From: an uncultured Hyphomicrobiales bacterium | Lineage (GTDB): Bacteria; Pseudomonadota; Alphaproteobacteria; Rhizobiales; Aestuariivirgaceae | Length of the DNA stretch: 54,160 bases | Reading direction: 5' to 3' | NCBI GenBank assembly: GCA_902826365.1 | Contig: CADEEO010000003.1 | Location: 1 to 54,160 of the forward strand | Part shown: piece by piece, positions 9,785 through 19,185 of the stretch | Position numbering within the stretch: position 1 is the first letter of the stretch | Layout: each line of letters opens with the position of its first letter | The notes under the pieces: model-generated | What the model was told of the DNA's origin: nothing | What the model saw: the letters and a program-made list of their open reading frames with translations, nothing else | Databases searched by the model: none | Position numbers and translations under genes: made by a program

Positions 9785-10476
9785 CCGCCCATCTCTTCAT
9801 CGACATAGAGGGCGTAACCCGCCCCGCGCACCGTCTGCAGATACACCGGATTGGCCGGATCGCTCTCGATCTTCTGGCGCAGGCGGTTTATCTGCACATC
9901 CACGCTGCGGGCGCCCTCCTCGGAGCCCGGCTGCGAAAGGTCCAGCCTGCTGAGGGGAGTTCCGGATTTATTGCTCAGCATGCGCAGCAGGTCCTTTTCA
10001 CCAGAGGTCAGGCGCACGAGATCGCCATTTTTGCGAAGCTCGCCGCGCGGCACGTTGAACTGAAATCCGCCAAAGCGCACATCGGTCTTGGCGGGCGCGG
10101 CAACACCCACTCGGCGCAGCAAATTCCTGATGCGAAGCAGGAGCTCGCGCGGCTCAAAGGGTTTGGCCAGGTAATCGTCGCTGCCCGTGGCAAGTCCCGC
10201 GATGCGGTCATCCGTATCGGTGAGCGCCGAGAGCATGAGGATGGGAACGTCCCGGCTTTCGCGGCGCAGGGATTTCGTGAAGCTGAGGCCGGTTTCGCCG
10301 GGCATCATTATATCGAGCACGAGGAGATCAAAGGTAATGCCGCGCATGCGCTCGCGCGCTTCGGCAGCCGTCCCCGCCATCGAAACCAGAAAACCATTCT
10401 CCATCAGGTAGGATTTGATCAACTCGCGAATGCGGCGGTCATCGTCTACCACCAGAATATGCTGGGCCTCAGTCAC
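9781..10476 (-). CDS. petR: OmpR-family response regulator (PetR-like)
   Basis: VVDDD, LDIMMPGETG, DDYLAKPF, RSVDVQINRLRQKIE, YLQTVRGAGY; follows a MarR gene as in petPR. Confidence 0.85.
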   Translation of the reverse strand: MTEAQHILVVDDDRRIRELIKSYLMENGFLVSMAGTAAEARERMRGITFDLLVLDIMMPGETGLSFTKSLRRESRDVPILMLSALTDTDDRIAGLATGSDDYLAKPFEPRELLLRIRNLLRRVGVAAPAKTDVRFGGFQFNVPRGELRKNGDLVRLTSGEKDLLRMLSNKSGTPLSRLDLSQPGSEEGARSVDVQINRLRQKIESDPANPVYLQTVRGAGYALYVDEEMGG

Positions 10477-10981
10477 CGGATTTCGCTCCCGGCTTGCCCG
10501 CCCCGTCTATCCACTCCTTGACACCTTCACGATTTTCCGGGCTGACCAGATGATAGAGAATCTCGTGCATGGACGTAGACCCATTGCCGGACGTTTCCAT
10601 AACCGCGCGGCGGATACGCGACATCTGCGGCGCCATCAGACGCTGGCGCAGCTCCTCGCCAGCCGAAGTGAGATGCAGCAGCCGCTGGCGCCGGTCCGTC
10701 TCGCCTTCTTTCTGGAACACATAGCCCTTGTCGATCAGGTCTTTCAAAACCCGGCCCAGGCTCTGCTTGGTGATGCGCAGGATATCGAGAAGCTGCGCCA
10801 CCGTCATCCCGGGATCGCGGCCGACAAAATGCACCACCCGGTGGTGCGCCCGGCCAAAGCCCAGCTGCTCCAGAACCGTATCCGGGTCCGAAACGAAATC
10901 ACGGTAGGCAAAGAACATGAGCTCGATCAAAGCCACTGTTTCGTCTTCGCCTAACTTTTCATCAAAATTTATGTCAGTCAT
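10469..10981 (-). CDS. petP: MarR-family regulator (PetP-like)
   Basis: IELMFFAYRDF, FGRAHHR, LRITKQSLGRVLKDL, DRRQRLLHLT. Confidence 0.85.
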   Translation of the reverse strand: MTDINFDEKLGEDETVALIELMFFAYRDFVSDPDTVLEQLGFGRAHHRVVHFVGRDPGMTVAQLLDILRITKQSLGRVLKDLIDKGYVFQKEGETDRRQRLLHLTSAGEELRQRLMAPQMSRIRRAVMETSGNGSTSMHEILYHLVSPENREGVKEWIDGAGKPGAKSGD

Positions 10982-11011
10982 ATTGACATATTATTCCATT
11001 TTTGTTACGTT
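10970..11011 (+). promoter_or_regulatory. Palindromic operator TATGTCA-N7-TGACATA overlapping a sigma70 promoter for ilvE
   Basis: Inverted repeat at 10970-10990. -35 TTGACA at 10983-10988, 17-nt spacer, extended -10 TG-N-TACGTT at 11003-11011. Confidence 0.6.
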
Positions 11012-11112
11012 GCAGCCTGATACTACGCAATGTTATTGCGCAAACCGCTGACAGGCGGGTTTGACAGCAATATAGGCCGAAGTTCTATAAAAATCGAATT
11101 GGGAGAGTTCCG

Positions 11113-12000
11113 ATGTCCATCCTGCCTTTTGACCAACGCGACGGCGCCATCTGGTTTGACGGCGAAATCGTTCCCTGGAAAGAGGCCAAAGTTCATGTCC
11201 TCACCCACGGCCTGCATTATGGCTCCTCCATTTTTGAAGGCGAGCGCGCCTATGCCGGAACCATTTTCAAATCGCGCGAACATTCCCAGCGCCTGCACAA
11301 ATCCGCTGGGATCATGGATTTCACCATCCCCTATTCAGTCGAGCAGCTCGACGCGGCCAAGGCCAAGGTTGTCGAACTGAACGGCGGCGGCGACCAGTAT
11401 GTGCGCCCCGTGGCCTGGCGCGGCTCCGAGATGATGGCGGTTTCCGCCCAGCACAATACCATCCATGTGGCCATCGCCAGTTGGACCTGGCCGTCCATGT
11501 TCGATCCCGAAACCAAGATGAAGGGCATCAAACTCGACATCGCCGATTACCGCAGGCCCGATCCACAATGCGCCCCGGTTCACGCCAAGGCCGCAGGCCT
11601 TTACATGATCTGCACCATCTCCAAGCACAAGGCGGAGAAGAAGGGCTATGCCGATGCCATGATGCTGGACTGGCAGGGCCGCGTGGCCGAATGCACCGGC
11701 GCCAACATCTTCTTCACCCGCGATGGCGCCATCCACACGCCAATCGCCGATTGCTTCCTGAACGGCCTCACGCGCCAGACAGTGATTGCCTTGGCCAGGC
11801 AGCAGGGCATGGAAGTGATCGAAAGCCGCATCATGCCGGATGACCTGCCAAGCTATAATGAATGCTTCATCGTGGGCTCGGCGGCGGAAGTGACACCGAT
11901 TTCCGAAATCGGCCCCTATAGGTTCAAGCCGGGCAATATCTCGCGCGCCTTGATGGATGCCTATTCAAATGTCGTGCGCCTGCCCGCCAAGGCCGCCTGA
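11113..12000 (+). CDS. ilvE: Branched-chain amino acid aminotransferase (class IV PLP)
   Basis: HVLTHGLHYG, FEGERAY, AKAAGLY (PLP lysine), ECTGANIFF, LNGLTRQ, GSAAEVTP. Confidence 0.92.
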   Translation: MSILPFDQRDGAIWFDGEIVPWKEAKVHVLTHGLHYGSSIFEGERAYAGTIFKSREHSQRLHKSAGIMDFTIPYSVEQLDAAKAKVVELNGGGDQYVRPVAWRGSEMMAVSAQHNTIHVAIASWTWPSMFDPETKMKGIKLDIADYRRPDPQCAPVHAKAAGLYMICTISKHKAEKKGYADAMMLDWQGRVAECTGANIFFTRDGAIHTPIADCFLNGLTRQTVIALARQQGMEVIESRIMPDDLPSYNECFIVGSAAEVTPISEIGPYRFKPGNISRALMDAYSNVVRLPAKAA

Positions 12001-12025
12001 AGCAAGAACACTGTTGCGAATAACC

Positions 12026-12054
12026 GGGGCCCATTCCACAATGGGTCCCTTTTT
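12026..12054 (+). terminator. Rho-independent terminator after ilvE
   Basis: ggggcccatt-ccac-aatgggtccc followed by ttttt. Confidence 0.8.
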
Positions 12055-12077
12055 AGTGTGCTGGAGCCTGCTGCCCC

Positions 12078-13088
12078 ATGGAACGAAGCGGAATACTGTG
12101 TGGCGGGGCTTGGTGCGTGGACCACACCTTCAGCATCGATCATTGGCCCGCCGAGGAAACCGTCGCTCAAATTGCATCCGAAAAGCACCACGGCGGCTGT
12201 CCCGGTCATAATATGTCGAGCGCCTTGAAGCGGTTGGGCGTGCCCTTCCCGGTTGAAGGCATGGGGCTTTTGGGCGACGATTCCGACGGCCATTTCCTGA
12301 CAAGGATCTGCGATGACATGGGGATTGAACGGTCGGCGCTGGAAATCCGCAGCACCGTAAAAACCGCCCGCACCCTTGCCATGTCCGACATCACCACCGG
12401 CAAGCGCACATTTTTCTATTCAGCCGGAGCTCACGCCACGCAAACCCCCGATGATTTTGAATTCAGCAAAACCCGGACCCGCATTGTCCATCTGGGCCTG
12501 CCGGGATTGCATGAAAAACTTGATGCGCCCTGGAAGGACGATGTTTCCGGCTGGGTGACGATTTTGAAAAAGGCCCGCGCCGCCGGATTGAAAACCAATA
12601 TCGAGCTCGTCTCCGTCACTCCCGAAGTCATTCGCGCCGCGGCGTTGCCGATGCTGCCGTGGCTCGATACCCTGATCATCAATGACTATGAGGCGGGAGC
12701 TCTCGTCAACATTGAGACCGTGAAAAATGGCATTGCCGATGCAAGCGCCTGCCGCGCCGCGGCTGAACGGCTGATGGAAACAACCAAACTCTCGCTTGTG
12801 GCGATTCATTTTCCCAAAGGCGGCGTCGCCATGGCGCGCAATGGAACGGCCGTTGAACAGCCCTCGGTGAATGTGCCGCAAAGTGCGATCGCCGGCAGCA
12901 ATGGCGCTGGCGATTGCTTCGCGGCGGGCATGCTGTTTGGCCACCATGAAGGATGGAGTCTGGAAAAATCCCTCCGGCTCGCCCATGCCAGCTCGGCTTC
13001 CAGCCTGCGTTCCGCCACAACCACTGAAGCCGTTCTGCCCTGGAAAGACTGCCTCGCACTCGCCGAAAAATGGGGCTGGCGGGCATGA
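12078..13088 (+). CDS. PfkB-family carbohydrate kinase
   Basis: GGCPGHN, LGDDSDG, INDYEA, C-terminal signature GSNGAGDCFAAG. Confidence 0.88.
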   Translation: MERSGILCGGAWCVDHTFSIDHWPAEETVAQIASEKHHGGCPGHNMSSALKRLGVPFPVEGMGLLGDDSDGHFLTRICDDMGIERSALEIRSTVKTARTLAMSDITTGKRTFFYSAGAHATQTPDDFEFSKTRTRIVHLGLPGLHEKLDAPWKDDVSGWVTILKKARAAGLKTNIELVSVTPEVIRAAALPMLPWLDTLIINDYEAGALVNIETVKNGIADASACRAAAERLMETTKLSLVAIHFPKGGVAMARNGTAVEQPSVNVPQSAIAGSNGAGDCFAAGMLFGHHEGWSLEKSLRLAHASSASSLRSATTTEAVLPWKDCLALAEKWGWRA

Positions 13089-14545
13089 TCGAGACTTGCG
13101 ATTTTCTTGTGATCGGCGGCGGCTCCGCCGGTTGCATCATCGCCAAGCGGCTCGCGGTGAAATCGGCAGGCCGCATCATTTTGCTGGAAGCGGGCAAGAA
13201 GGATGAGGGCGATGCGGCGGCCGTTGACCTGTTCCGCCTCGATGACCAGACCGATGATTATGACTGGGGCTTCAAGGCCGCAACCCTTAAAGGCGCAAAG
13301 CCCGAACTGAACTACGCCCGCGCCAGAATTCTGGGCGGCTGCGCCAACCACAATGATTGCGCCTTCCTGCGCCCACCCGATTCGGATTTCGTCGAATGGG
13401 AGCAGCTTGGCGCGAAAGGCTGGGGCGCTGCCGACATGGCCTCTTATTTTCATCGCGTGATGGAAAACACCACTGTCGAGGAAGCGCCGCATCATCCCGC
13501 CAGCCAGATCTTCGTGAAGGCAGGCACCGAACTGGGCTTCAAGAAAATCGATTTCCAGAAACAGATAACCGAAGGCGTGGGCTACTTCCCCCTTAATGCC
13601 AAGGGACGCCTGCGCCAATCTTCATCGATTACCTATCTGCATCCCCTATCCAAACTGCCGAAACATCTGGAGGTATGGATCGAAACCCAGGCCACAAAAA
13701 TTCTCATCGGGAACGGCAAGGCCATCGGCGCTGAAACTACGCGCGGAACCATTCACGCCAGCCGCGCCGTGATCCTCACTTGCGGTTCCATCCAGACGCC
13801 GCAACTCATGATGCTCTCCGGCCTTGGCCAAGCGCAGCACTTGCACGAATTTGGAATTCCGATTGTGGCCGATGTCCCGGAAGTGGGCGAACATCTCCGC
13901 GACCATGTGGGCGCACCCATCGTCTGGGAAACCCATGGTCCTGTCCCGCCGTGGGAGATATGCCCCTTTGAAGCCACCATGATGCTGAAGCTCGACCACG
14001 ATGCGCCGGCTCCCGATGTGCTGTTCCATTTCGGCCTGCGCGTGCGCGAAAAATATGGCGAAGACCCACGGCTTTCCGTGAACGGTCCGGCGGTGAAAGC
14101 CTCACCCAATGTGACCCGCGCCAGAAGCGAAGGCCGTGTGCGACTGGCCAGCGCCGACTATCGCGCCGCGCCGATCATCGAACTCAATTATTTCTCCGAC
14201 CCCTACGACATGCGTATACTCATGAAGGCCATGCGCTTCACGAGAAGGCTGATGGAAACCCCGTCCTTCCAAGCGCTGTGCAAAACCGAAGTCCACCCCG
14301 GCCCCGATGTGCAAAGCGATGATGAATGGGAAGGCTACATCAAGAGCGTATGTGAAACCGTCTATCACCCCTGCGGAACCGCAAGCATCGGCCGCGTGGT
14401 ATCACCCGACCTGCGAGTGAAAGGCATCGATAATCTCATTATCGGCGATGCCTCAATTTTCCCCAGCCTGATCACCACCAACATCAACTGCGCCGTGATG
14501 ATGGCAGCGGAAAAGGCGGCGGACCTGGTGCTGGACGGAATCTAA
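13085..14545 (+). CDS. GMC-family flavoprotein oxidoreductase (choline-oxidase-like)
   Basis: GGGSAG FAD motif, LGGCANHN, GEHLRDH, TVYHPCGT, DASIFP; ATGA overlap with the kinase. Confidence 0.88.
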   Translation: MIETCDFLVIGGGSAGCIIAKRLAVKSAGRIILLEAGKKDEGDAAAVDLFRLDDQTDDYDWGFKAATLKGAKPELNYARARILGGCANHNDCAFLRPPDSDFVEWEQLGAKGWGAADMASYFHRVMENTTVEEAPHHPASQIFVKAGTELGFKKIDFQKQITEGVGYFPLNAKGRLRQSSSITYLHPLSKLPKHLEVWIETQATKILIGNGKAIGAETTRGTIHASRAVILTCGSIQTPQLMMLSGLGQAQHLHEFGIPIVADVPEVGEHLRDHVGAPIVWETHGPVPPWEICPFEATMMLKLDHDAPAPDVLFHFGLRVREKYGEDPRLSVNGPAVKASPNVTRARSEGRVRLASADYRAAPIIELNYFSDPYDMRILMKAMRFTRRLMETPSFQALCKTEVHPGPDVQSDDEWEGYIKSVCETVYHPCGTASIGRVVSPDLRVKGIDNLIIGDASIFPSLITTNINCAVMMAAEKAADLVLDGI

Positions 14546-15288
14546 ACCTTCACGCCGCGCTCTTCGAGATACTTCAGCAACTCCGCAACCCGTGCCGGCT
14601 CAATCTCCTCCAGCGCCCCGCTCTGCAGCTTGCCGAGATAGAACGGCCCGTATTGCACCCGGATCAGCCGGTTCACCACGCAGCCGAAATGCTCCATCAG
14701 CTTGCGGATCTCGCGGTTCTTGCCTTCGGTGAGCACCACGCGGTACCAGGTGTTGCTGCGCCCGCTGCCGTCATACTCCTCGACAAATTCAGCGCCCCGG
14801 TAATTCACCCCGTCCACCACGATGCCATCGGCAAGCGCCGTAATGTCTTCTGGCCGCAGATGGCCGCGCACCCGCACCCGATAAATCCGCGACAGCGCCG
14901 TTTCCGGGCTCATTAGAGCCTGTGCCAATGGCCCATCGGAAGAGAGCAGCAAAAGCCCTTCGCTGTTTACGTCCAGGCGGCCCACATTCATCAAGCGCGG
15001 CAGGCCCGGCGCATTCATCGCGGTCAGATCGAAAATCGTCCGGCGGCCCTTGTGGTCCCGGTGCGTGACAAGCACATCCAAAGGCTTGTTCAAGACAAAC
15101 AAGCGCGGCAGTGGCTTCGTTGAAGGCGTGACAGGCTTGCCATCAATCGTGATCACATCGCCCTCGTCGGCAGGCGTTGTTGCCAACGCCACAACGCCGT
15201 TGATCTTCACCCGGCCCTCGGCCACCATGCGTTCGGCCTCGCGTCGGCTTCCCACGCCAGCCTTTTGCAGGAACACATTGAGGCGCAT
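14542..15288 (-). CDS. rRNA pseudouridine synthase, RsuA/RluB family
   Basis: S4 domain (GVGSRREAERMV), catalytic VGRLDVNSEGLLL, EGKNREIRKL. Confidence 0.92.
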   Translation of the reverse strand: MRLNVFLQKAGVGSRREAERMVAEGRVKINGVVALATTPADEGDVITIDGKPVTPSTKPLPRLFVLNKPLDVLVTHRDHKGRRTIFDLTAMNAPGLPRLMNVGRLDVNSEGLLLLSSDGPLAQALMSPETALSRIYRVRVRGHLRPEDITALADGIVVDGVNYRGAEFVEEYDGSGRSNTWYRVVLTEGKNREIRKLMEHFGCVVNRLIRVQYGPFYLGKLQSGALEEIEPARVAELLKYLEERGVKV

Positions 15289-15539
15289 CAGCCGCCCGTG
15301 ACAGGTGGGAAGAAAGCTACTTCCGTCGCGCCAACTAGCGATGCGTCCAGCGAGGCATGCGATTGATTGACCGCCACTTTCAGGGTGCGGAGATCGGCAA
15401 ACGCCGCGGCAATGCCTTCATCCCTGCCCTTGAGGTAATCAATCAAGCCACTGACGGTTTTCACCTCGGCTGGAACGCTGATGTCGTCCTGTCCCCGCCC
15501 AATGATTTGACGCAACCGCGCAAAATATAAAATCTTCAT
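15288..15539 (-). CDS. moaD: Molybdopterin synthase sulfur carrier subunit
   Basis: KILYFA at the N-terminus and EVAFFPPVTGG at the C-terminus. Confidence 0.92.
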   Translation of the reverse strand: MKILYFARLRQIIGRGQDDISVPAEVKTVSGLIDYLKGRDEGIAAAFADLRTLKVAVNQSHASLDASLVGATEVAFFPPVTGG

Positions 15540-16147
15540 TCCTCATCCACGACATGCCGGATCCCGGCACGGAAATAATCATAGCCCGTATAGAGCGTAA
15601 GGCCCGCCGCAATCCACAATCCAGCAATGCCGATCCGGGTAATGCCGGGCACCAAAAGATCGCCCGCCGGCCCCGCAATCAGGAAGCCGATGGCCACCAA
15701 TTGCACTGTGGTTTTCCACTTGGCAATTTGCGTGACCGGCACCGACACCTGCAATCCGCCCAGATATTCGCGCAGGCCCGAGACGAGAACCTCGCGCGCC
15801 AGAATGATGATGGCTGCCCAGATATGGCCGCCAAACAAAATGCCATCCGCCGATAGCACCAGCAGCACCACGGCCACCAGAACCTTGTCGGCAATCGGAT
15901 CGAGCATCACGCCCAGTGAGGATTGCTGCTGCCATTTCCGCGCCAGATAGCCATCGAAAAAGTCGGTCACTGCTGCGGCCACGAAGATGGCAAGCGCCAC
16001 CCAGCGCGCAGTGTTGCCGCCATACATGAGCAGGCCCGCCACCAGCGGCACGGCAATGATGCGGCCATAGGTGAGGACATTCGGAAGGTTCCAAATCTCG
16101 GAGAATTTCGTCTTGCGTGACTTGGTGTTTGCCATGATTTCACTCAT
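15536..16147 (-). CDS. pgsA: CDP-diacylglycerol--glycerol-3-phosphate 3-phosphatidyltransferase
   Basis: [17 protein letters not shown]...[17 protein letters not shown]; downstream of uvrC. Confidence 0.95.
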   Translation of the reverse strand: MSEIMANTKSRKTKFSEIWNLPNVLTYGRIIAVPLVAGLLMYGGNTARWVALAIFVAAAVTDFFDGYLARKWQQQSSLGVMLDPIADKVLVAVVLLVLSADGILFGGHIWAAIIILAREVLVSGLREYLGGLQVSVPVTQIAKWKTTVQLVAIGFLIAGPAGDLLVPGITRIGIAGLWIAAGLTLYTGYDYFRAGIRHVVDEE

Positions 16148-18033
16148 CCCGAACCCTCATGAAAGTGGTCATAGATAGCTTGCGCCAACGCACTGCTCAC
16201 ACCCTCAACCGACGCCAGATCGCCCACGCTGGCCCGTGAAACCGCTTTGGCCGATCCAAAGCTCTGGAGCAAGGCCTTCTTGCGCAAAGGACCTATGCCC
16301 GCAATTTCGTCCAGCGGACTGACACCAATGGCCTTTGTGCGCCGCGCCCTGTGGCTGCCAATGGCAAAGCGATGCGCCTCATCCCGGAGCCGCTGGATAT
16401 AGTAGAGCACCGGATCGCGCGCCGCCAGCATGAAGGAGGGCTTGCCTGAAACGAAGAAGTGTTCGCGGCCCGCATCCCGGTCCGGCCCCTTGGCCACGCC
16501 CACGACCGGCATGTCGCCCAGGCCCAGGTCAGCCAGCACCCCGCGCACCGCGGAAAGCTGCCCCTGCCCGCCATCGATGAGCAGCAGGTCAGGCCAGGTG
16601 GAAGTCTCGGAGTCTTGCATGCGCTGGCCTTCCTCTTTCAGAAGCCGCGAGAACCGCCGCGTGAGCATTTCGCGCATCATGCCGAAATCATCGCCTCCGG
16701 TCAGGTCTTCCGAACGGATATTGAATTTGCGGTACTGCGATTTCATCAAGCCCTCAGGCCCAGCTACCACCATTCCGCCTACCGGATTGCTGCCGGAAAT
16801 ATGCGAATTATCATAGATTTCGATGCGCCTTGGCGCTTCCGCCAGGCCAAAGGCCTCCGCCACCCCGGCCAGCAGCTTGGCTTGGGACGAGGATTCGGCA
16901 ATCTTGCGGCCGGAAGCTTCCCGCGCATTGGTCACCGCATGCTCCACAAGGGCGCGCTTTTCGCCCCGCTGGGGCACCAGCACCTCCACCTTGTGGCTGG
17001 CATGGGTGGAAAGCGCCTCGGCAAGGAGGTCCAAATCCTCAATTTCATGGGACAGCAGCACCAGCTTGGGAATGGGCTTGTCGTCATAAAACTGGCTCAC
17101 GAAAGAGCCGAGAATTTCGGATGCCTCCATGGATTTGTCGGCGCGCGGGAAATAGGCCCGCGTCCCCCAGTTCTGCCCCGAGCGGAAAAAGAACACCTGG
17201 ACGCAAGCCTGCCCGCCCTCCTGGGCAAGGCCGAAAACATCAGCTTCATCAGTGTTTTGCGGGTTTATGCCTTGCGTCTGGGTGACAAAACTCATGGCCT
17301 GGATACGGTCGCGCAGCCGCGCCGCCTGCTCAAAATCCAGGGCTTCGGACGCTGCCTCCATGGCCGTGGCAAGCTCCGCCTTCACCGTTTGGCTTTTGCC
17401 ATCCAGAAAGCTCTCGGCCTCGCGCACCAGTTCATTATAGGCGGGAAGCGCGATGTAATTCACGCATGGCGCCGAACAGCGCTTGATCTGGTAGAGCAGG
17501 CAGGGCCGTGTCCGGTTGGCGTAAACGCTGTCATTACAGGATCTTAGAAGGAATGCCTTCTGCAAGGTGTTAAGCGACTGGTTGACCGCCCCGGCCGAGG
17601 CAAAGGGGCCGTAATAGCTGCCTTTCCGGGCCCGCGCCCCGCGGTGTTTCACCAGTTGGGCGACCTCATGGTCCTTGGCGATCAGGATATAGGGAAACGA
17701 CTTGTCGTCACGCAGAATGACGTTAAAGCGCGGCTTCAGCTTCTTGATCAGGTTGGCTTCCAGCAGCAGGGCTTCGGCCTCGGTGGCCGTGGTCACGAAT
17801 TCCATGTTGGTGGTGAGCGAAATCATCAGCGCGATGCGGTTATTGTGGCCCTGCCCCCGCGCATAATTCGACACCCGGTTTTTGAGGTTCCGGGCTTTTC
17901 CCACATAGATGGCGTCGCCCTCCGCATTGAACATGCGGTAGACCCCGGGCTTCCCCGGCAGGCGCTTCACAAAATCGCGGATAACCTCCGGACCCGTGAG
18001 ATCGTCTAAAGACTGTTCAGACTCATCGCTCAT
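16144..18033 (-). CDS. uvrC: Excinuclease ABC subunit C
   Basis: GIY-YIG (PGVYRM...YVGKA), [38 protein letters not shown]-terminal HhH. Confidence 0.97.
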   Translation of the reverse strand: MSDESEQSLDDLTGPEVIRDFVKRLPGKPGVYRMFNAEGDAIYVGKARNLKNRVSNYARGQGHNNRIALMISLTTNMEFVTTATEAEALLLEANLIKKLKPRFNVILRDDKSFPYILIAKDHEVAQLVKHRGARARKGSYYGPFASAGAVNQSLNTLQKAFLLRSCNDSVYANRTRPCLLYQIKRCSAPCVNYIALPAYNELVREAESFLDGKSQTVKAELATAMEAASEALDFEQAARLRDRIQAMSFVTQTQGINPQNTDEADVFGLAQEGGQACVQVFFFRSGQNWGTRAYFPRADKSMEASEILGSFVSQFYDDKPIPKLVLLSHEIEDLDLLAEALSTHASHKVEVLVPQRGEKRALVEHAVTNAREASGRKIAESSSQAKLLAGVAEAFGLAEAPRRIEIYDNSHISGSNPVGGMVVAGPEGLMKSQYRKFNIRSEDLTGGDDFGMMREMLTRRFSRLLKEEGQRMQDSETSTWPDLLLIDGGQGQLSAVRGVLADLGLGDMPVVGVAKGPDRDAGREHFFVSGKPSFMLAARDPVLYYIQRLRDEAHRFAIGSHRARRTKAIGVSPLDEIAGIGPLRKKALLQSFGSAKAVSRASVGDLASVEGVSSALAQAIYDHFHEGSG

Positions 18034-18068
18034 GGGCTTTATATAGGCTGTCTTGCCTCAAAAACGAA

Positions 18069-18416
18069 TTAGGGCCGCCATTCAAACACGAGGACGAGAC
18101 AGCCCTTGTCACTACGGGTGAAGTGGTAGGAGTTGGGCGGGAAGGAGATGAAATCCCCCGCCTTGATCACCGTGCCGTCGCTTTCCACCGCCTCGCCTTC
18201 CAGTACATAAAATTCCTCATAGCCCGGATGGACATGGGGAACCGTGACGGCGCCGGGCAGCAGCTGAAAATAATAACTGCCGCACTGGGTTTCCGCATTG
18301 AAGCTCACCGGCAGCCACTGGCACTTGTTTGCCGCTGTATAACCTTCCAGCCTGTAGGGCACGAGACTGTCGCGCTGCAGGTTGGTGATTGGCGGTACGC
18401 TGAAGGCTCTGCTCAC
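18069..18416 (-). CDS. ChrR-like cupin domain protein
   Basis: PHVHPGYEEFYVLEG...GDFISFPPNSYH cupin motifs. Confidence 0.75.
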   Translation of the reverse strand: MSRAFSVPPITNLQRDSLVPYRLEGYTAANKCQWLPVSFNAETQCGSYYFQLLPGAVTVPHVHPGYEEFYVLEGEAVESDGTVIKAGDFISFPPNSYHFTRSDKGCLVLVFEWRP

Positions 18417-18817
18417 GATTTAATCCTCTCAATTTCAATGCCAACGCTTTTTGCGTTGGGAATAATGTCTGGCTTCTCGATGCGCACTCGCGCCGCCATC
18501 ACCCGCTTGTCCTTGAGGCAGGCCGCCGCAAAAAGTTCCGCCAGGGTTTCAACCAGGTTCACATGGCCCTGGGCAATGATCGCTTCCACTTTTTTGACGA
18601 TGATCTCGTAGCTCACCACATTGCTGATGTCGTCATGAACCGGGTCACTGCCTTCGCGCACCGACAAATCGATGCTCACGATGATCCGCTGCGGCTTGAG
18701 CTTTTCATGTTCATAGATGCCAAGCGTCGCCATCACTTCCAGATCGCGCACGAAGACATGGCGCAAGCCCGCCGCCGCATTGGACACGTGATGGCTGATT
18801 TTTGCCGAAACGCTCAT
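18413..18817 (-). CDS. folB: Dihydroneopterin aldolase
   Basis: VFVRDL, GIYEHEK, VSYE, LVETLAE, RIEKPD. Confidence 0.9.
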   Translation of the reverse strand: MSVSAKISHHVSNAAAGLRHVFVRDLEVMATLGIYEHEKLKPQRIIVSIDLSVREGSDPVHDDISNVVSYEIIVKKVEAIIAQGHVNLVETLAELFAAACLKDKRVMAARVRIEKPDIIPNAKSVGIEIERIKS

Positions 18818-19185
18818 CGCTTCCCCTTTGGCATCAGGATGACATAGTGCTTGCGCACTTTTTCAACGGTTTCCCACGTGCCCTTGAAGCCCGCCGGAAT
18901 AATGAAGCCGTCGCCCTTCTTCAAGGTCCACTTCTTGCCCTTTTCATTGGTCAGGATGGCCTTGCCCTCGATGAAGTGGCAGAATTCCCATTCCACATAA
19001 TCAATCGGAACCTTGCCCGGGGTTGATTCCCAGATGCCGCAATAGAGCCTGCCATCCTCGCCGGTGAGATGGTTCCAGGTCTTGGTCTTGTATTTGCCCT
19101 TGATCAACTTTGCCGGATCCGGCGTTCCCAGATCGAGTTTCGGCGCCGTCTTGCCGATGGTTTTCATGACGATGATGTCGGCCAT
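18814..19185 (-). CDS. Cupin domain protein (DUF861/EutQ-like)
   Basis: GIWESTPGK, EFCHFIEG, IPAGFKGTWE, RKHYVI. Confidence 0.8.
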   Translation of the reverse strand: MADIIVMKTIGKTAPKLDLGTPDPAKLIKGKYKTKTWNHLTGEDGRLYCGIWESTPGKVPIDYVEWEFCHFIEGKAILTNEKGKKWTLKKGDGFIIPAGFKGTWETVEKVRKHYVILMPKGKR

